A DNA stretch of 63,800 bases, counting the filler, from Actinobacteria bacterium UBA7524 (GTDB taxonomy: Bacteria > Actinomycetota > Coriobacteriia > Anaerosomatales > UBA912): the NCBI GenBank assembly GCA_002478275.1. It is 5 parts of 4 records of this genome, joined end to end, with 100 filler letters (N's around TTAATTAATTAA, not from the genome) between each part and the next. Parts side by side here need not be neighbours in the genome. Positions count along the whole stretch, not along the records: positions 15,907 to 42,955 come from DLMY01000009.1; 4 more parts are not named here. One strand, written 5' to 3'. The number at the start of each line of letters is the position of its first letter. The stretch's first letter is position 1. A program made the position numbers and the translations under genes. Below, piece after piece: positions 29,920 to 40,740 of this stretch. A model generated the notes under the pieces. The model was not told the origin of the DNA. It searched no databases and saw only the letters and a list, made by a program, of their open reading frames with translations.

Positions 29920-30126
29920 CTTCACACCCCTTTCTCGTCCGTCGCATCGCTGCGACACGTCGTCACTGCGATAGCGGGTGCCCGTCCTGCGGCGGGAACC
30001 CACCGAGCGACAGGTCACAATAGGATAGCGGCGCGCCCGGTGAACGGCGCGCCTGCGCCTGTAGACGGTCGCAGACGGCTGTCAGCAATCGGTGAACGGT
30101 AGCAAGATACTGGAAATCTCGACCTG

Positions 30127-30717
30127 TTACATGTCTCTCCGGGCCTCAAGAGCCCTGCCGAGCGTCACCTCGTCCGCATACTCCAGGTCGCCTCCCACCG
30201 GCAATCCCGAAGCGATGCGGGTGACCCTGATGCCGAGCGGCTTGATCAGTCGCGCGAGATACAGAGCTGTCGTCTCGCCTTCGACATTGGGGTTGGTCGC
30301 GATGAGCACCTCGGTGACCTCACCAAGTCGCGCGAGCAGCTCCTGGATCCTGAGTTGCTCGGGCCCTATTCCGTCTATCGGGGAGATAGCGCCCTGCAAG
30401 ACGTGATACCTGCCGCGGAATTCGCCTGTCTTCTCGATCGCTACGACATCTCTGGGCTCCTCGACGACACACAGGAACGAACCGTCCCGCTCGGGGTCAG
30501 CGCAGATCGCGCAGACCTCCCCTTCCGCGAAGTTGAAGCAGCTCGGGCAGAAGTGGATGGAGCGCTTCACCTCTACGATGGCCGCGGCAAGGTTCTCGGC
30601 CTGCTGCGTCTCGGAGCGGAGGATGTGGTATGCGAGGCGCTGAGCCGACTTCGGACCCACTCCAGGTAGACGCTCGAGCTCGTCGAGCAGCCTGGCTATG
30701 GGGGCTGCGTAGCGCAC
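30127..30717 (-). CDS. recR: Recombination mediator RecR
   Basis: [14 protein letters not shown]4 zinc finger, toprim domain, GGDLEYAD. Confidence 0.97.
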   Translation of the reverse strand: MRYAAPIARLLDELERLPGVGPKSAQRLAYHILRSETQQAENLAAAIVEVKRSIHFCPSCFNFAEGEVCAICADPERDGSFLCVVEEPRDVVAIEKTGEFRGRYHVLQGAISPIDGIGPEQLRIQELLARLGEVTEVLIATNPNVEGETTALYLARLIKPLGIRVTRIASGLPVGGDLEYADEVTLGRALEARRDM

Positions 30718-30718
30718 G

Positions 30719-31033
30719 CTACATCAGGCCGGGGATGTTCAGGCCACCGGTAACCGCTGCCATCTTGCGGCTCGCCAGTTCCTGCGCCTGACGCGCTGCC
30801 TCGTTCACTGCGGCGACCACCATGTCCTCGAGCATGCCGATGTCGTCCGGATCCACCGCGGCGGGATCGATCATGACACGCTCGACCGCCTGCTCCCCGG
30901 TCATGACGACCTTGACCATGCCGCCGCCGACCGAGGCCTCGACCCTCTCCTCGGCGAGTTCGGCTTGCACGCGGGCCATGTCCTGCTGCATCTTCTGGGC
31001 CTGCTTCATCATGTTGCCCATGTTCGGCTTCAT
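30719..31033 (-). CDS. ybaB: YbaB/EbfC nucleoid-associated protein
   Basis: MMKQAQKMQ...GGGMVKV...[10 protein letters not shown]; conserved position between dnaX and recR. Confidence 0.95.
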   Translation of the reverse strand: MKPNMGNMMKQAQKMQQDMARVQAELAEERVEASVGGGMVKVVMTGEQAVERVMIDPAAVDPDDIGMLEDMVVAAVNEAARQAQELASRKMAAVTGGLNIPGLM

Positions 31034-31034
31034 C

Positions 31035-32876
31035 TCAGGTCTCGTCTCCTTCGTTCTCGACGTGGTGTGGGTGTTCGGCGATTATCTCAGCACCGAGCTC
31101 GGCCATGAGCATACGCTCCACTTCCGCTTCGTCCACCTCGGATTCCGACGGCGTGTCAATGGGTGCGGTCGACTCCTCCGCCGCAGGAACGGGCACATCG
31201 ACATGACGCGGCGGATCGGGCGCCGGGACCGGCTGCACCGACCCCCGGCCCAGCTGGTATCTGACGGGCGGCGTCGAGCCGAGTACGCGCGTCAGTGCGG
31301 CTAGCAACAGCTGGCGCGTCTCCGAGTCGGAAGCGAGCCGGTCCATTGTGAACTTCTGGTCGGCCGGGAACTCGATGACGAGAGTGTCGCCGCCCGCATC
31401 GATATCGACTTCCGTGTTAGCGAAGATGTGAGCTCTGGAGGACTTGACGCGCTTGATCTCGGCGATGACCGCAGGCCATGCCCGCTTGATGTGCCCGCGG
31501 TCAAGCGGACCTGTGGGCGAGGTGCTTTCGATGACGACCGGCTCGTCGGTGACGGTCGCTGCTGGCTTGGATGCAGCCGTGGCTGGCTCCGGGTCGGTTC
31601 CTCGGGCAGGGCCAGGCGCTTTGTCCGCTCGCTCTGCCTTCGACTCCGCCGCAGCTGAGGGGGTATGCGCGGTGTCGGGTGCGGGCGCGGGTGCAGGTAC
31701 GGCAGGTGCGACGGGCCGGGCCTCTACCGCCACGCCGGTTTCAAGCGCCTCGATCCGCTCGGCCAGAGCCTCGAGCGTCAGGTCCCCGTCGGGTCGCGCC
31801 ATGCGGGTGAGTGCGACCTCGAGCGTCAGCCGGGGATCACTCGACCACCGTATCTCACCGGCCAACTCGCCGAGGAGATCGAGCACCCTCGCAAGCCTCT
31901 CCGTGCCGAACGCGGACGCCTGGCTCGTGAGCCGCGCGAGCTGATCGTGTGTGGTGTCCACGATCCCTTGTGCGTCACCTACCACCGACGTAACGTACAG
32001 GTCGCGCACGTGTCCGGTGAAGTCGCGGACGAACTCGGTCATATCGGTGCCACCCTCGGCCAGACGCGCGACGAAACCGAACGCCGCCGCGATGTCACGC
32101 CGCACGACGATGTCCGCCAGCTCGAACAGAAGCGCGACATCCACCTCGCCGAGAAGCCCTTCGACATCATCGAGCGCGATGTTCTTCCCTGTGAACGCGG
32201 AGAGCTGCTCGAGGGTCGTGATCGCATCGCGCATCCCGCCGGCTGCGTGCTTGGCGATCAGCGTCAGCGCACCCTCTGCGACCGCGATACCTTCGTTGGT
32301 GCAGATGTGCGACAGGCGATCGACCAGGTCTTCGACGCCTATCCTGTGGAAGTCGAACCGCTGACATCGTGAGTGGATGGTCTCCGGCACTTTATGCGGG
32401 TGTGTCGTACACAGCACGAACACCGTGCGCTCCGGCGGTTCCTCGATGCTCTTGAGCAACGCGTTGAACGAGTGTGTCGAAAGCATGTGCACTTCGTCGA
32501 TGATGTAGACCTTCCAGGTACCCCTGGTGGGAGCGTACTTCAGCCGACTGATGATCTCCTCGCGCACGATCTCCACCTGCGTGCGCGATGCGGCGTCGAG
32601 TTCGTAGACGTCAGGATGGCGCCCTTCGGCGATATCGATGCAATCCTGACAACCGACGTCCGGGTCCGGGGTAGGGCCCTTCTCGCAGTTCAAAGCTTTT
32701 GCGAGGATACGCGCGGTCGTCGTCTTGCCGGTGCCTCTCGGTCCGGTGAAGAGATACGCGTGAGCGACCGTGCCCTCTCCAACGGCGTTGCGCAGCGTCT
32801 GGGTGACGTGACGCTGGCCGACGACATCGTCGAAACTCTGGGGCCGGTACGTACGGTACAAAGACTGATGAGCCAC
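31035..32876 (-). CDS. dnaX: DNA polymerase III subunits gamma/tau
   Basis: LYRTYRPQSF, GPRGTGKTT, IIDEVHML, TIHSRCQ. Confidence 0.97.
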   Translation of the reverse strand: MAHQSLYRTYRPQSFDDVVGQRHVTQTLRNAVGEGTVAHAYLFTGPRGTGKTTTARILAKALNCEKGPTPDPDVGCQDCIDIAEGRHPDVYELDAASRTQVEIVREEIISRLKYAPTRGTWKVYIIDEVHMLSTHSFNALLKSIEEPPERTVFVLCTTHPHKVPETIHSRCQRFDFHRIGVEDLVDRLSHICTNEGIAVAEGALTLIAKHAAGGMRDAITTLEQLSAFTGKNIALDDVEGLLGEVDVALLFELADIVVRRDIAAAFGFVARLAEGGTDMTEFVRDFTGHVRDLYVTSVVGDAQGIVDTTHDQLARLTSQASAFGTERLARVLDLLGELAGEIRWSSDPRLTLEVALTRMARPDGDLTLEALAERIEALETGVAVEARPVAPAVPAPAPAPDTAHTPSAAAESKAERADKAPGPARGTDPEPATAASKPAATVTDEPVVIESTSPTGPLDRGHIKRAWPAVIAEIKRVKSSRAHIFANTEVDIDAGGDTLVIEFPADQKFTMDRLASDSETRQLLLAALTRVLGSTPPVRYQLGRGSVQPVPAPDPPRHVDVPVPAAEESTAPIDTPSESEVDEAEVERMLMAELGAEIIAEHPHHVENEGDET

Positions 32877-32953
32877 GTGGGTCCTCCGCGAACGAGGGTC
32901 TCGACACCGCAGTATACCCGCTCGCCACGACATCGGGTCCGGTCAACGCGAAG

Positions 32954-33062
32954 ATGCTCCCGAGTGGGTCCCGGACACCCGGTAGAGGCCGCTTATGGCT
33001 GCTTCCTTCCGGACCTGACCAGGTTCACGACGTGCCGCCGTCCGAGACCCGCTCGAGAGCAT
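32954..33062 (-). ncRNA. ffs: Signal recognition particle RNA (small, 4.5S type)
   Basis: GTCAGGTCCGGAAGGAAGCAGC domain IV, long complementary termini, upstream of dnaX, TATACT -10 at 33074-33079. Confidence 0.95.
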
Positions 33063-33207
33063 CATGAACCGACAGTATAGCGCGTGAGTCACCTTCGTGG
33101 ACCGTCAGAGAAGCGCCATACCGGGAACATTCATCAGTACGAACGAACACACCGCGGAGCCACTCAGCTCCGCGCGATGCATCTGCACCCGACGTAAGGA
33201 GGCGGAG

Positions 33208-34350
33208 ATGACCGACACCCTCGATCGCGAAACCTTGACCGAGATCGCCCGCCACGAGGGATGGCCTGCGATCTCGATCCATATGAGCACCCATCGCGCC
33301 GGCCCCGACGTACAGCAGGACCCCATCCGTTTCAAGAACCTCCTCAAGACCGCCGAGGAGACACTTCACGAATCGATGAGGGCACCGGACATCGCGAAGC
33401 TACTGGCACCAGCGTACGATCTCCTCGGCGATACGGCCTTCTGGCGAGGGAGCACCGAGGGGCTTGCCGTGTTCGTCGGCACGGACGACTTCCGTGTCTT
33501 CCGTCTGGACGTCGAAGTGCCGGAAAGCGTGATGGTGGCGGAGCGTTTCTCCATCCGGCCGGTCCTGCCTGCCCTGGGCGTCGACGAGCGCTTCTACGTG
33601 CTGGCGCTGAGCAAGAAGTGCGTGCGGCTTCTCGAAGGCACTCGCCACGAGGTCCACGAACTCGACCTGACGGGGGCTCCGCAGAGTCTGGCAGACGCGC
33701 TGAAGTACGACGAATACCAACGCCAGGTGCAGTTCCACTCCGGGACACCAGCAGGAGCTGCCGGTGGTAAGCGAGCTGCGATGTTCCACGGGCATGGAGG
33801 CGTCCCCGACGTCGAGAAGTCCAACCTCCTGCGCTACTTCCGCCTGATTGACCGGGGGATGCACGAGCTGCTCCGGGATGAGGACGCCCCTCTGTTGCTC
33901 GCCGGGGTCGACTACCTCATGCCTCTGTACAAGGAGGCGAGCTCCTACGCGAACCTGGTGGACGTGTCGATGGCGGGAAACCCGGACGAACTCACGCCGG
34001 CTGAACTGCACGCCGAGGCGCGCAAGCTGCTCGAACCGCTTTTCCGAGCCGAACTGACGCGGGACCTGGAGAAGCTTGAGGCCCTGCTGGGCACAGGCGC
34101 CGCCTCCCGCACGCTGACGGACATCCTTCCCGCAGCGCACGAAGGCCGCGTCGATGTCCTGTTCGTCTCTCCGCAGCGAACGGACTGGGGCACCTACGAT
34201 GCGGAAACCCGGGTCGTGACACTCAACGGGGGTGAGAGGTCTGCAGGCGCACGGGACCTGTTCGATCTCGCAGCGGCGCAGACCCTGCTCCATGGCGGCA
34301 CCATCCACGCGACGGATGAACCACCGATATCCGCGATCTTCAGATACTGA
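33208..34350 (+). CDS. Bacterial archaeo-eukaryotic release factor-like protein (baeRF3/7 type)
   Basis: SIHMSTHRAG...QDPIRFKNLL, GLAVF, FYVLALS, PLLLAG, GRVDVL, AIFRY; AAGGAGG RBS. Confidence 0.75.
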   Translation: MTDTLDRETLTEIARHEGWPAISIHMSTHRAGPDVQQDPIRFKNLLKTAEETLHESMRAPDIAKLLAPAYDLLGDTAFWRGSTEGLAVFVGTDDFRVFRLDVEVPESVMVAERFSIRPVLPALGVDERFYVLALSKKCVRLLEGTRHEVHELDLTGAPQSLADALKYDEYQRQVQFHSGTPAGAAGGKRAAMFHGHGGVPDVEKSNLLRYFRLIDRGMHELLRDEDAPLLLAGVDYLMPLYKEASSYANLVDVSMAGNPDELTPAELHAEARKLLEPLFRAELTRDLEKLEALLGTGAASRTLTDILPAAHEGRVDVLFVSPQRTDWGTYDAETRVVTLNGGERSAGARDLFDLAAAQTLLHGGTIHATDEPPISAIFRY

Positions 34351-34428
34351 TACCTGCTGTAACCCCTCGCCCGTGCCTGCAGTGACGTTCGCAGACCTGC
34401 AGCTGAGCAGGACGATAAGGAGGAAGAC

Positions 34429-34833
34429 GTGACCAAGTACCTTGCCCTCTACGGACTGACGGCGGTCGTGTTCTTCGCCATCGACTTCGTATGGCTGAGC
34501 CTGGCCACGAGCCGCATCTACGCGCCCTACATCGGAGACCTGCTCCTGGAACGCCCCAACTTGCCCGTCGCTGCGGCCTTCTATCTTCTCTACGTCATCG
34601 GCGTCCTGGTGCTGGCGTCACTGCCGGGCTATGAGAAGTCCTCACTCGCGGACGCCGTCATGCGAGGAGCGATCTTCGGGTTACTCGCGTATGGTACCTA
34701 CGACCTGACGAACCTCGCGACGCTCAAGGGCTGGGCGTGGCAGGTCTCAGCGATTGACATGGTGTGGGGCATGACACTCACAGGCACCGTCGCCGCGGCG
34801 GGGTACTGGATCGCCCGCTTGCTGAACGTCTAA
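34429..34833 (+). CDS. DUF2177 family membrane protein
   Basis: AIDFVWL, AYGTYDLTNLATLKGW, DMVWG. Confidence 0.9.
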   Translation: MTKYLALYGLTAVVFFAIDFVWLSLATSRIYAPYIGDLLLERPNLPVAAAFYLLYVIGVLVLASLPGYEKSSLADAVMRGAIFGLLAYGTYDLTNLATLKGWAWQVSAIDMVWGMTLTGTVAAAGYWIARLLNV

Positions 34834-34868
34834 CGGCTGGCGGTAGAGAGCCTCAGGCAGGGGGCGGC

Positions 34869-35714
34869 TCAGGCAAGCGCCGTCAGGATGACGGCGATCA
34901 AAGCGAAGGCCACACCCGCACCCTGCAAGGGGCGCAACCGTTCGCTCAGGAACACGCGGGCAAGCACGATCACCACCACGGGGAAGAGCGATCCGAGTAC
35001 CGAGGCCACCGCAAGGGGCCCGAGCCTGATAGCGCTGAGCATGGTGACGTTGGCCACCGACTCAAGGACACCGGCGCCCAAAGCGGGAACGCGTGCGGCC
35101 GGGTCGAGTCTGAGAGAGCGGCACGTCACCAGCGAGAGTACGCCGAGCACGGTTGCTGACGTCACGCGAGCGACCAGCAAGGGCAGAAGCCCGCTTTCGG
35201 GGGACGTGAACGAGAAAGATACGAACCCCGACGCAAACCCCAGGCCAGCGATCATCGAGTACAGGACCGCCATCGGGGTCATCTTTCGGCCCTCGTCCTC
35301 GACGCCCGGGGCGAGGGACACGATGATGGTCGCCAGGACGGCCAACGACAACCCTGCCAGCCCCTTCGGCCCCACCTGCGTACCGCGAGCCAGGTCCCAG
35401 ACGGCAGGCAGGGATCCGGCCAGTGCGGCGGTGAGAGGCGCCACCACGCTCATGCGTCCGGCAGCCAGAGCGGCGTACAGGAATGTGACCCCGAGTCCGC
35501 CGGACAGGCCCGCCGCGACCCCCCACCTGATGTCAGCCCCGCTATAGGCCGACATGGGGAAGACCGCCAGGGCGAGCGAGAACAGGACGACGCCGACGAC
35601 GTGCGCCCGAGCGGTCACCTTCACCGCACTGTCACGGCGACTCGCGATACCCCCGAGATAGTCCGAGGTACCGAAGAGCAAGGATGTGACGGTCGCGAGT
35701 GCTACGGTCAACAC
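34869..35714 (-). CDS. EamA/DMT family transporter
   Basis: About 10 TM helices, FGTSDYLGG, GRMSVVAP, ARVFLSERL; start approximate. Confidence 0.88.
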   Translation of the reverse strand: MLTVALATVTSLLFGTSDYLGGIASRRDSAVKVTARAHVVGVVLFSLALAVFPMSAYSGADIRWGVAAGLSGGLGVTFLYAALAAGRMSVVAPLTAALAGSLPAVWDLARGTQVGPKGLAGLSLAVLATIIVSLAPGVEDEGRKMTPMAVLYSMIAGLGFASGFVSFSFTSPESGLLPLLVARVTSATVLGVLSLVTCRSLRLDPAARVPALGAGVLESVANVTMLSAIRLGPLAVASVLGSLFPVVVIVLARVFLSERLRPLQGAGVAFALIAVILTALA

Positions 35715-35786
35715 CAGGAATCTCCCTCTGTCGACCACTCATCGTAGCGCACTCGACGCACCTGGGAGTTCGTACGCATGCGTCCC

Positions 35787-37752
35787 TCAGGCTCTGCCGG
35801 CCTTCTTGCGGTCCTTCTCGTTGAGAAGCCGCTTGCGCAGGCGCACGCTTGAAGGCGTCACCTCGACAAGCTCATCGTCCTCGATGTACTCAAGCGCCTC
35901 TTCGAGCGTGAACGCGATCGGCGGTGCGAGCTGGATGCCCTTGTCCGAACCCGCCGCTCGCATGTTGGTCAGCTGCTTGGCCTTCGCAACGTTGACTACA
36001 AGGTCGTTGTCCTTGGCGTGCTCGCCCACGATCATGCCTTCGTAGCACATCTCGCCGGGGCCGACGAACAGCTTACCCCGCGTCTGCAGCGCATCGAGCG
36101 CGTAGGCGACGGACTTGTCGGTCGACATGGCAATGAGTGAACCAGCGACCCTCCCGCCGATCTCGCCGCGGAACGGACCATACTCGCTGAAGTGGTGGAA
36201 CAGTGTCGCCTCGCCCCGTGTGGCGTTCAGTATCCGGGTGCGTAGCCCCATGACGCCACGGCTGGGGATCATGAACTCGAGGTGCACGTGCCGGTCACGT
36301 TGCACCATGTCCTTCATCTCGCCGCCCGCAGAGCCGAAGATCTCGATGACCTTGCCGGCATAATCGCTTGGAACATCGACGACCGCCTGCTCGATGGGCT
36401 CGAGCGTCGTGCCGCCCTCCTTCTTCAAGATGACACGGGGGCGACCGACCTGGAACTCGTACCCTTCGCGACGCATCGTCTCCATGAGTACGGACAGGTG
36501 AAGCACTCCTCGGCCGGCCACTTCCACGCCGTCACGGCCCTCGGTCTCGGTGATGCGCATCGAGATGTTGGACTCCGCCTCTTTGAAGAGTCGTTCCTTG
36601 ATCTGACGGGCGCCGACTATCGAACCTTCACGACCCACAAGCGGGCTCGTATTGGCGGAGAAGACCACTGACATCGTGGGTTCCTCTACGTGGATCGGGT
36701 CGAGCTGGACCGGCTCGATGCGGCAGGTGAACATGTCGCCGATGTCGGCGTCGTCAACGCCCACCACCGCGCAGATGTCACCAGCGTGCGCCTCGGCGGC
36801 CTCGACACGGCCAAGCGCCTCGAACGTGAAGAGTTGCTTGACGGTTGCCTGGTATCGGCTCCCGTCGTTCTTGACGACCAGTATCCTCTCGCCGTCATGC
36901 ATCGTCCCGGAGAAGATCCGGCCGATACCGATACGACCCACGTAGTCCGAGTAGTCGATCGTGCAGACCTGCATCGCGACCGCGCCTTCGATATCGACGT
37001 CGGGGGCGGGGATGTGTTCCAGGATCGCATCGAGCAGCGGCGCCATGTCTTCGTTGGTGTCATCGGGTTCGGTGCGAGCGTATCCGTTGACCGCGCTCGT
37101 ATAGACGATCGGGAAGTCCAGCTGCTCGTCATCTGCGCCGAGCTCGACCATCAGGTCGAACACGTCGCCGATCACCTCATGTGGGCGCGCGCCGGGACGA
37201 TCGATCTTGTTGACGACGACCATCGGCTTGAGCCCGTGCTCGAGCGCATGGCGCAGCACGAAGCGAGTCTGCGGCATCGGCCCCTCGAACGCGTCGACGA
37301 TAAGCAGACAGCCGTCGGCCATCTTGAGCACGCGTTCGACCTCGCCTCCGAAGTCCGCGTGTCCGGGGGTGTCGATCACGTTGATCTTCGTATCCTTCCA
37401 GCGGATCGAGATGTTCTTGGCGAGTATGGTGATGCCCCGTTCGCGTTCCTGGTCGTTCGAATCGAGGACGCGTTCGGCGACCTGCTGGTTGTCGCGGAAG
37501 ACATGCGTGGTCTGCAGCAGACGGTCGACGAGCGTCGTCTTGCCGTGGTCGANNNNNNNNNNNNNNNNNNNNNNNNNNNNNNNNNNNNNNNNNNNNNNNN
37601 NNNNNNNNNNNNNNNNNNNNNNNNNNNNNNNNNNNNNNNNNNNNNNNNNNNNNNNNNNNNNNNNNNNNNNNNNNNNNNNNNNNNNNNNNNNNNNNNNNNN
37701 NNNNNTCGACGTGGGCGATGATGGCGATATTGCGAATGTCGTTGACACGCAT
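35787..37752 (-). CDS. typA: Translational GTPase TypA/BipA (assembly gap near the 5' end)
   Basis: [47 protein letters not shown]. Confidence 0.97.
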
Positions 37753-37911
37753 GGTGGGCTTCCAGTCTCGCGGTCGTGCCGTGGTCCGGCCGGACGGGGT
37801 AGCCTACCACGTCCGGCACGCAACGAGTAGGGTAACGATTCCGTGACGCGGCGATTCAGGCACGAACGAATCCGGGTAACTACCACGTAGTCGTCCATTA
37901 GGAGGGCACAC

Positions 37912-38796
37912 ATGAAGCGGTCCCGGCATTCGCGCGCGATTCACGGCCTGCTCGCTCTCGTCACGCTCATACTCGTGTTCGGGGGCGTACTCGCATGCGC
38001 GCGCCCGTCAGCTCCGGTGCCGGAACCCACACCGGCGCCCGTGCCCGAGCCAACGGTCACACCTGAACCTGCCGAGGAGACCCTCGACGTGCCTGTATGT
38101 CTGGTTCGCGAGGAGAGGCTCGGCATGTCGACACGCACGGTGACCTTCACCGAAGCAGTCGCAGCAGAGGCGATGCGTCAGCTCCTCCAGGGCGCTACAG
38201 CCGAGGAGATCGAGGCCGGGCTCCACAGCGAGATACCTGCGGGAACGTCTCTCCTCGGCGTTGAGATCGATTCGGGCGTCGCGACGGTGGACCTTTCGAA
38301 GGAATTCGAGTCGGGGGGCGGGTCGTTGTCGATGCAGCTACGCGTCGCCCAGGTGGTCTACACGCTCACTGCGTTCCCGACAGTGGATAGTGTCGCGTTC
38401 AAGATCGACGGTCAGCAAGTCGAAGCGATCGGTGGTGAAGGCGTCATGGTGTCCCCATCGGTTTCCCGGGCGGACTTCGCCGACAACACCGTACCGCCGA
38501 TCTTCCTGGAAGAACCGACGCCCTGGCGTGACGTCACGAGTCCCCTGCGGATCAGTGGACTGTCGAACACGTTCGAGGCGACAGTGCTCTACGAGGTCGT
38601 CGACCCATCGGGCCGCATCGTGGCTGAGGGCTTCACCACGGCCAGCGCGGGATCGGGTGAATGGGGCACATTCGAGGAGACGATCGAGTACGAGATCCGC
38701 TATGACGGGGTCGGAGCACTGATCGTCTTCGAGGAATCAGCCCAGGACGGGTCGCGCGTCAACCTCGTCGAGATACCACTTCGCATGCGACAGTAA
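37912..38796 (+). CDS. GerMN + Gmad2 (Ig-like) lipoprotein
   Basis: Lipobox VLAC, Pro-rich linker, ATVDLSKEF...QVVYTLT, SNTFEATV...WGTF. Confidence 0.85.
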   Translation: MKRSRHSRAIHGLLALVTLILVFGGVLACARPSAPVPEPTPAPVPEPTVTPEPAEETLDVPVCLVREERLGMSTRTVTFTEAVAAEAMRQLLQGATAEEIEAGLHSEIPAGTSLLGVEIDSGVATVDLSKEFESGGGSLSMQLRVAQVVYTLTAFPTVDSVAFKIDGQQVEAIGGEGVMVSPSVSRADFADNTVPPIFLEEPTPWRDVTSPLRISGLSNTFEATVLYEVVDPSGRIVAEGFTTASAGSGEWGTFEETIEYEIRYDGVGALIVFEESAQDGSRVNLVEIPLRMRQ

Positions 38797-38815
38797 TCTG
38801 GGCGGCAACAGCCGA

Positions 38816-39679
38816 CTAACCGGCAGAGGCGGTACGGTCTTTGCGCAGCCTCCATAGAAGCGCTGCCACCGCCGTCAGCAGAAGAAAGCCCATCACCGCG
38901 AGGATGATCTCTCGCGAGCCAAGGTCGAGGGAGGAGTCATCGACCGGTCCCGGGGGCGTGGCGGACGGGGTCACGGTGGCCGGAGGCGTCTGGGTGGTCA
39001 CCGCCCCGCCCTGTTGCTCGACCAACTCGGGAGCCGGGCCTCCCACCATGTCGGCGCGAAGGGAGAGCGACTGACCGGCGGCGACAGGCGAGGTCTCGAC
39101 CGAGTAGAGGACGCCTGAACCGGAACGAACGTCGACATCCAGCGCGGGCTCGGTGTTCTCAAGGTGCAGATCGGTCGGTACGATCACGGCGATGCGTGCC
39201 CTGTCGATCGCGCCTACGGCAGGCCAATGAAGGTCGAGTCTGATGAAGGTCTGTTGCGGGACTATCATGCCCTCGGGTGCGACGAGCTCGAATTGCACGA
39301 TGTTCGAGCGGTTCATCGTGAACGTTGCCTTGTCGTACTCCTCGCCCTCCTCCATGTCGAGCTGGACCATGGGGTCTTGCGAGGGGTCGCCGCCGAGTAG
39401 TTCCCCGGCCCAGATGATCTTCGAACCCTTCGGCAAGGACATCGCTGCCTGGAAGGGAAGCGTCATACCCTGACGTGCCTGGGCGGTGATGACATAGGTC
39501 GGCTCCTTGCCGGGCGCAAGATCGTGGATCGTCACGCCCACGACCTCCCACACGTCCTCGGGCCCTGAGGCTCCCGCGACCGAAGGTACGACTGTGGCCA
39601 AGATGAGAGCGAACGCAGCCAGGAACAGGCGTGCCTGTCGGAATCCCGAAAGCGGTCCATGCGCACAGTTCAAGGTCAT
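38816..39679 (-). CDS. Hypothetical exported protein with a C-terminal membrane anchor
   Basis: GGAGG RBS, signal peptide, Pro/Thr linker, TM helix and basic tail. Confidence 0.7.
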   Translation of the reverse strand: MTLNCAHGPLSGFRQARLFLAAFALILATVVPSVAGASGPEDVWEVVGVTIHDLAPGKEPTYVITAQARQGMTLPFQAAMSLPKGSKIIWAGELLGGDPSQDPMVQLDMEEGEEYDKATFTMNRSNIVQFELVAPEGMIVPQQTFIRLDLHWPAVGAIDRARIAVIVPTDLHLENTEPALDVDVRSGSGVLYSVETSPVAAGQSLSLRADMVGGPAPELVEQQGGAVTTQTPPATVTPSATPPGPVDDSSLDLGSREIILAVMGFLLLTAVAALLWRLRKDRTASAG

Positions 39680-39779
39680 CGAATCCTCCGGACTGAAGCG
39701 GACTACCGGCTGGGTATGCCGGGAACGGACTTCGTGAACAGGATAACGCATTTCTCGGGTCTCGCGAACCTCGTTCGTA

Positions 39780-40580
39780 TCAGCGTGCGACCCCGAGCAG
39801 TATGACGACGTCTTCACCGCGCTCAACGCGCTCTCCCGCTCGCGGCCACTGATCGTAGACGCGGCCTACACTGTCGGCTTTGGGCTGGTAAGTGGCCTTG
39901 GCAACCAGCCCCGCCTGACTAAGCCGTGCCTGCGCATCCCGCTCCGTCATCCCTAGGGTGGAAGGCACGGTCACCAGTATCGCCGGCCCTCTGCCCAACG
40001 ATACGACGATGGAGACCGGCGAACCTACGGACAAGCGCGTGCCTGCGGCGGGGTTCTGCGACATGACTTTGTCCGGAGGGAACGTGTCACTGTGACGTTC
40101 GGTGATGACCGGGTAGTACCCGACACGGTCAAGCGTGCTCAGAGCCGAGCTGCGCGACTTGCCGGCCAGCTCCGGCACCACGGGCATGGTGTCCTCGCTA
40201 CTGAAGTCGGGAGCGGCCTGTTCACCCAGGGGCGTGACATCGAGCCTGACGACGGTACCGCCAGGCGCCTCGGTACCGGCCTCGGGATCCTGCCCGACGA
40301 CCGTATCGGGACGTCCGCCGGACGCGTCATCGACTACCACGTCGGCCTCGAAGCCCAGTCGCTGCACGAGTGCGATGGCATCCAGCCGCGTCATTCCCAC
40401 GACATCAGGCACTTCGGCCGTGAACCCCGCGCCGCCGTCAGCGACCTGTCCCGAACGACTGCCATCCCAGTAATTCCACAGCAGCCACAACACAAGCAGG
40501 ATGATCACCGCAAACAGCAAGCCGTACCAGGTCTTCTTGTGTGAACTGCTCTGTTCGGGCTCGAAGGCTTCTTGTTCCAT
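39780..40580 (-). CDS. Membrane-anchored protein with three PASTA domains
   Basis: TM helix, then repeats VPDVVG...QDPEAG, VPELAG...QNPAAG, VPSTLG...QWPRAG. Confidence 0.88.
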   Translation of the reverse strand: MEQEAFEPEQSSSHKKTWYGLLFAVIILLVLWLLWNYWDGSRSGQVADGGAGFTAEVPDVVGMTRLDAIALVQRLGFEADVVVDDASGGRPDTVVGQDPEAGTEAPGGTVVRLDVTPLGEQAAPDFSSEDTMPVVPELAGKSRSSALSTLDRVGYYPVITERHSDTFPPDKVMSQNPAAGTRLSVGSPVSIVVSLGRGPAILVTVPSTLGMTERDAQARLSQAGLVAKATYQPKADSVGRVYDQWPRAGERVERGEDVVILLGVAR

Positions 40581-40740
40581 CGCGTCCCGCCAATCGCTGG
40601 TCCTCGACCCTGACAAACCTCGCTACCGCACTCACTAGGATAACCCCAATCGGGTCTGGTTCGGAAACCTCCCGCACCCGCAAGAGGGGCCCTCGCTTGG
40701 AGGACCCCTCTCACATCCCTGTCACACCGGGAACTGAAGG

